11,828 bases of DNA. Origin: a bacterium (GTDB lineage: Bacteria > Muiribacteriota > UBA6191). The translations under genes and the position numbers were made by a program. The stretch is from positions 1 to 11,828 of the forward strand of contig JAYZAC010000121.1 of NCBI GenBank assembly GCA_036339875.1, read 5' to 3'. The notes under the pieces were generated by a model, which made no database searches, was not told the origin of the DNA, and saw only the letters and a list, made by a program, of their open reading frames with translations. The stretch's first letter is position 1, and every line of letters starts with the position of its first letter. Shown in pieces: positions 7,787 to 11,828 of this stretch.

Positions 7787-8643
7787 ATTTTTTTGAAAGA
7801 CTAGAGCATTCAGCAATTCGAAGTAATAATCTAGTTTGTATGGGGATGGACCCCGACCTGAGTAGAATACCACTTCAAGTTAGTCACTATGAGGCTTTGA
7901 TAACCTTTTACCTTGATATTTTGGAGGAAATGCATCGACAAGGTGTTTTTCCTTCTATGGTTAAACCAAATTCAGCTTATTTTGAGCAATATGGTTTAGA
8001 TGGTTTTAGGGCATTGGCTAAAATAATTTCTGAATATCGCAAAGCGGGGCATCTAGTACTTCTTGATGCGAAACGAGGTGATATTGACCGAACTAATCGG
8101 GCATATGCTAGGGCAGCATTTGAAGAATTGGGTGCTGATGCTTTGACTGTGAACCCCTACATGGGTGTAGAGAGCCTAGAGCCTTTTATGGAATATCTTT
8201 CGGAGGGCCGTGGGATATATGTTCTTGCAAGAACAAGTAATCCCGGTGCTAAAGATTTTCAGGAGAAATTGATTGATGGAGAAGCCTTGTATGAGCGAGT
8301 GGTACGAAGTTTCTCGCAGCAAGGGAGAGCTGGCGTAGGTTTTGTAATGGGTGGTACCAGTCCCAGTAGCATGCAGACTATTTTACAAAAATTGCAGAAG
8401 TCAAATCAGCCAACATCCTTATTGATTCCGGGTTTTGGAGCTCAGGGTGCAAGTGTAGAACAAGTCATGGGGTTATTTAGAGATTTTCCAGAAACTCGGC
8501 TTCTTCATCGACTGAATGCTTCATCCAGTATTAATTACGCTTGGCAGAATGCTCAGACTAAACCTGAGGAATATGCCTCAGCTGCAGTCCACGCTTTAAG
8601 AGATCTCATTAGTAAATGTAAATTGAAAGATAAAGAACTTTAG
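7783..8643 (+). CDS. pyrF: Orotidine-5'-phosphate decarboxylase, long 'subfamily 2' type
   Basis: CMGMDPD, KPNSAYFE, catalytic DAKRGDI, TVNPYMG, RTSNPG and LIPGFGAQG. ATGA overlap with pyrE. Confidence 0.94.
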   Translation: MNFFERLEHSAIRSNNLVCMGMDPDLSRIPLQVSHYEALITFYLDILEEMHRQGVFPSMVKPNSAYFEQYGLDGFRALAKIISEYRKAGHLVLLDAKRGDIDRTNRAYARAAFEELGADALTVNPYMGVESLEPFMEYLSEGRGIYVLARTSNPGAKDFQEKLIDGEALYERVVRSFSQQGRAGVGFVMGGTSPSSMQTILQKLQKSNQPTSLLIPGFGAQGASVEQVMGLFRDFPETRLLHRLNASSSINYAWQNAQTKPEEYASAAVHALRDLISKCKLKDKEL

Positions 8644-8648
8644 TAATT

Positions 8649-9593
8649 TCAATTTGCTTTCGCTACCTGAAGGCAATTTCGGAAATCATCTAGTTTAGAA
8701 TATGATTTTTTCCGCATTAGATCATCAAGTTCGGTCTCTATACGTTGGTAAATTTCAGGGCCCTGTTGCATAAATGCAGTCCCGATTTGAACTGCGTCAG
8801 CTCCACAAAGTATGTATTCAAACACATCTATACCTGAAAAAATTCCACCGACACCAATAATTTGAATACTTTTGGGAAGAAGTTCTCGAAATTTGCGCAC
8901 ATTAGATAAGCCAAATGGCTTAATTCCTTTTCCGCCAATTCCTCCGAAACCACCTTTAGGGTTAATTAAAGTTGTTTCAGTAGTTGGATTAATAACAAGA
9001 CCGTTACCCGGAGAATTGATGCAGGTGATAAATTGAATTCCAGATTGACCTAAAATTTTTGCCATGGTTTCAAAATGGGAGAAGTCGAAGTATGGGGGGA
9101 GTTTTACACCAAGAATTCCTGGAAAAGTTTCACGAGCCATCGACAGCATTTGTGTAGCAGTTTCAAAATCATAAGCTATCTGAGGTTTACCAATAACATT
9201 GGGACAGGATAGATTAAGTTCTACTGCATCAAGATGAGAATTATTAGCTAAACTTTCCAGAATTATCTGATTATCGGAGATACTCAAGCCCGAGACAGAG
9301 CAGAAAATAGGCTTATTAAATTGAGCGAGTTGTTCAAAGAAAGACTCGTATGCTTTGTAGCCAAGATTGGGTAGACCCATTGAATTGATACTACCTCCCT
9401 CAAAATCAACGTATCGCGGTAATTGGTTCCCCTCGCGATATTCAAGTGTACAGGATTTACTTAATATGGCGCCAGACCTACTGTCTCCTAAGGCTTGAAG
9501 TTCCGATAAGGAGGTACACAATGGACCCGATGCATTAAAAAAGGGTGTGCTAAGTTTCAGTCCTGAAAAATCTACGCTTAGGTCAGTGGTCAT
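8649..9593 (-). CDS. pyrD: Dihydroorotate dehydrogenase, class 1A (fumarate-utilising, soluble)
   Basis: NASG, KSCT, GN..PRY, SINSMGLPNLG, ELNLSCPN (catalytic Cys), VKLPPYFD, INSPGNG, GGIGG, IIGVGGI and VQIGT. No pyrK adjacent. Confidence 0.93.
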   Translation of the reverse strand: MTTDLSVDFSGLKLSTPFFNASGPLCTSLSELQALGDSRSGAILSKSCTLEYREGNQLPRYVDFEGGSINSMGLPNLGYKAYESFFEQLAQFNKPIFCSVSGLSISDNQIILESLANNSHLDAVELNLSCPNVIGKPQIAYDFETATQMLSMARETFPGILGVKLPPYFDFSHFETMAKILGQSGIQFITCINSPGNGLVINPTTETTLINPKGGFGGIGGKGIKPFGLSNVRKFRELLPKSIQIIGVGGIFSGIDVFEYILCGADAVQIGTAFMQQGPEIYQRIETELDDLMRKKSYSKLDDFRNCLQVAKAN

Positions 9594-9631
9594 ATTTTCC
9601 TGCTTGAGATCGAGATATTATTTTCAATAGA

Positions 9632-10795
9632 TTACTGTGCATGAAGATAAGCTGCCATTTCGTATATTTCCTCTAAAGTATGAGCTCTTACCAAATAGGC
9701 ATGCTCACCCATTAAGGTTGCATATAAAGGATTAAGTTGCCCGTAGTGGACTAATTGTGATCCAAGTTTTGCTAAGCATTGTTGGTGTGAATGAAGATAT
9801 TTGACAGCATTCTTTTCCCTGCGGCAAATATGCGCACTATGGTATTTTCTTTCGTAAGGAAATGAATGTAGACCTTCGAGAATGACTCTAGCCCAAATGT
9901 CATACACATCTTGGTCTGCGGCATAATTAAACATATCAGTCGTGAATCCCCCGGGTGGTCGCATATTTATTTCTAGGGCTACTAAACTTCCCTGAGGTGT
10001 TCGAAAAAATTCAAGATGGAAAAACTTATTAGCTGAAGGTATCTGCTTAAGAATTGATTTTCCTACTCGCTCTAGATCTTCTGGAATATCACGATAATTA
10101 AAATAATAAAAATCTAACTGCTCCTCACCAATGCTTCTTGGATCGTTACTGTATTGATGAGAAGTAAAGAATATTGGCTCACAATTTTTATTACACAAAC
10201 CATCGAAAGTAACTATATCGCCCTCCACGAAAACCTCGATAAAGTAGCTGGTTTGTTGTTGAGTTTTAAAGAAGTTCTGTAAATCATGAAGACTTTCTAT
10301 TTTATGGGTGTCTTGAGCACCAATTCCAGTATTTGGCTTAATGATTACAGGCAAGCCATACTTTCCTACGAAGTCGAGACCCTGTTCTAGGTTGTAAAGA
10401 ATCTCGCCCTCTACTACTAGAGCTCCTGATCTACGAAAAATGTCTTTCATTCGCGACTTTTGTTGAATTTCTTCAACTTCAGCGGGTTGGGCACCTGGTA
10501 TATCAAACTTTTGTCTGATTTCGGCTTCAAGAGGTAACCATGGCTCAAGATGAGACTCTACAAGGTCCACTTTGCCATTGCGATGAATTAATCGATCTAC
10601 TGCCTCTAAAACCTCCGTTTTATTATGAAGACTACTAACTTGTTCATGATCATGGAGTGCTTTATTTAATTCTGGATGCAACTGATTTCTATTCTGATCG
10701 GTAATTCCAAGAACTTTGCCGCCGCGGTGCTGAAAACGTTGAGCGAAATGATAAAAATTTGGAGGAAAATGTGGACTGAGATGTATCCATTGCAT
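9632..10795 (-). CDS. ATP-grasp domain protein of unknown function (family often annotated as 'CPS large subunit, short form')
   Basis: N-terminal SPHFPPNF, KSRMK, PVIIKPNTGIGA, FIEVFVEG, FFHLEFF and LEINMRPPGG. Strong AAGGAG RBS 7 nt upstream. Confidence 0.8.
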   Translation of the reverse strand: MQWIHLSPHFPPNFYHFAQRFQHRGGKVLGITDQNRNQLHPELNKALHDHEQVSSLHNKTEVLEAVDRLIHRNGKVDLVESHLEPWLPLEAEIRQKFDIPGAQPAEVEEIQQKSRMKDIFRRSGALVVEGEILYNLEQGLDFVGKYGLPVIIKPNTGIGAQDTHKIESLHDLQNFFKTQQQTSYFIEVFVEGDIVTFDGLCNKNCEPIFFTSHQYSNDPRSIGEEQLDFYYFNYRDIPEDLERVGKSILKQIPSANKFFHLEFFRTPQGSLVALEINMRPPGGFTTDMFNYAADQDVYDIWARVILEGLHSFPYERKYHSAHICRREKNAVKYLHSHQQCLAKLGSQLVHYGQLNPLYATLMGEHAYLVRAHTLEEIYEMAAYLHAQ

Positions 10796-10802
10796 TCCGA
10801 AG

Positions 10803-10808
10803 CTCCTT
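10803..10808 (-). promoter_or_regulatory. Ribosome binding site for the ATP-grasp gene
   Basis: AAGGAG on the - strand, 7 nt before the ATG at 10795. Confidence 0.75.
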
Positions 10809-10845
10809 TACACTGGTTATACGCCACAAAAATACACGGATATTT

Positions 10846-11828
10846 CTATTTTGGGGTGATTTTTTTTAGGCGTTTCAATCTTGAATAAAGAGAAGTTCTC
10901 GAAATCCCAAGGAAACGAGCCGTTTTCGCCTTATTACCATTATTAATCTTGAGAGCTTTAGATACAATCTCATCAATCCATTTTTCTAGGTGTAGTCCTT
11001 GGGGTGGCAATTCTTTAATGGGATTGAAAAAATTATTATGTGCAGGCTTTGTATGACATGTTCTGTAGAATGTAGAGGGATTTGAATCTGATAGATGCTC
11101 TGAAAGTAATGTATCATTATCGAAATTTAGAACGGCTCTCTCTATGACGTTTTCTAGCTGCCTTATATTTCCTGGCCATGGATGATTCAATAATCTCTCT
11201 TTAACTTCCTCACTAATGCTATTGAATTGCTTACCTCTCTTGCGAGATTCTCGTAAGAGAAATTTATTAGCTAATGTTAGAATTTCATCTTGTCGTTCTC
11301 TCAGCGGTGGTATATATACATACCCGACATTGAGTCGGTAATATAAGTCCCGTCGAAATAGTTTGAGAGATACCGAATCTTCTAAGTTTTGATTAGTCGC
11401 ACTAATAACTCTGGCCTTCAATGATATTTTTTCAAGGCCACCCACTTGAAAATAAGTCCGATTTTGCAAGACTCTTAATAATTTTGGCTGCAGGTTAAGT
11501 GGAAGATCTCCAATTTCATCAAAGAATAAACTTCCATCACCGGCCAAAGACATTTTACCGATTTCACCGCTAGATTTTCCGCCAGTAAATGCTCCAGCTT
11601 CGTAGCCAAAGAGTTCAGATTCAAATAGCTCGGTGCTAAAACTTGCACAATTGATGTCCACAAATGGTTTCGAAGAACCGTTTTCTCCAAAATGGATTAA
11701 GCGGGCTAACATTTCTTTACCAGTTCCTGTTTCACCTTCAATTAATACTGGTATATCAGGATCTAAATGATAAATTTTGCATTGCCGAACCAATTCCTGC
11801 ATTACCTTTGAAGAGGCTTCAAAATCCT
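10846..11828 (-). CDS. Sigma54-dependent enhancer-binding protein (NtrC/Fis family AAA+ with HTH); N-terminus lies outside the window
   Basis: Walker A GETGTGKE, INCAS, ESELFGYEAGAFTGG, Walker B FFDEIG, FRRDLYYRL, WPGNIRQL and Fis HTH GNKAKTARFLGISRTSLY. The frame stays open past 11802 to the edge (DFEASSKV-MQ). Confidence 0.93.
   Translation of the reverse strand, partial: DFEASSKVMQELVRQCKIYHLDPDIPVLIEGETGTGKEMLARLIHFGENGSSKPFVDINCASFSTELFESELFGYEAGAFTGGKSSGEIGKMSLAGDGSLFFDEIGDLPLNLQPKLLRVLQNRTYFQVGGLEKISLKARVISATNQNLEDSVSLKLFRRDLYYRLNVGYVYIPPLRERQDEILTLANKFLLRESRKRGKQFNSISEEVKERLLNHPWPGNIRQLENVIERAVLNFDNDTLLSEHLSDSNPSTFYRTCHTKPAHNNFFNPIKELPPQGLHLEKWIDEIVSKALKINNGNKAKTARFLGISRTSLYSRLKRLKKITPK

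Noticed and set aside
10809..10826. TGGCGTATAACCAGTGTA on the - strand as a sigma54 -24/-12 promoter, or TATAAC as a -10 box
   Set aside because: It reads GG-N10-GT with CAGT rather than TTGC at -12, and there is no -35 element for the TATAAC. Too weak to call.
10676..11690. ORFs 10676-10888 (+) and 11475-11690 (-)
   Set aside because: They overlap confident genes on the opposite strand or in an alternative frame and have no motifs.
1..11828. CRISPR arrays, tRNA/rRNA, IS elements and long repeats
   Set aside because: None were seen. All intergenic gaps are under 90 bp.

Overview
AT-rich, gene-dense prokaryotic window, most likely bacterial given the sigma54-type activator and sigma70-like promoter. 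The + strand carries one tightly packed run: the 3' part of asd (archaeal/eukaryotic type), thrB and thrC; then an unexplained three-gene cassette (PseG/SpsG-like GT-B protein, radical SAM/SPASM protein, CPS-like ATP-grasp protein); then pyrB-pyrI-pyrE-pyrF. The - strand converges on it with a sigma54-dependent Fis-family activator (truncated by the window edge), a second ATP-grasp protein and a class 1A pyrD. No carAB, pyrC or pyrR lies in the window. The most notable non-coding signal is the 87-bp gap before pyrB. It holds a PyrR-binding-loop-like hairpin (13/14 match to ARUCCNGNGAGGYU) with no terminator after it, overlapped by a near-consensus sigma70 promoter. The best candidate for an undescribed system is the PseG-like/radical SAM/ATP-grasp cassette. 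No RNA genes, CRISPR arrays or mobile elements were seen. All family calls come from motif recognition by eye, not database searches.
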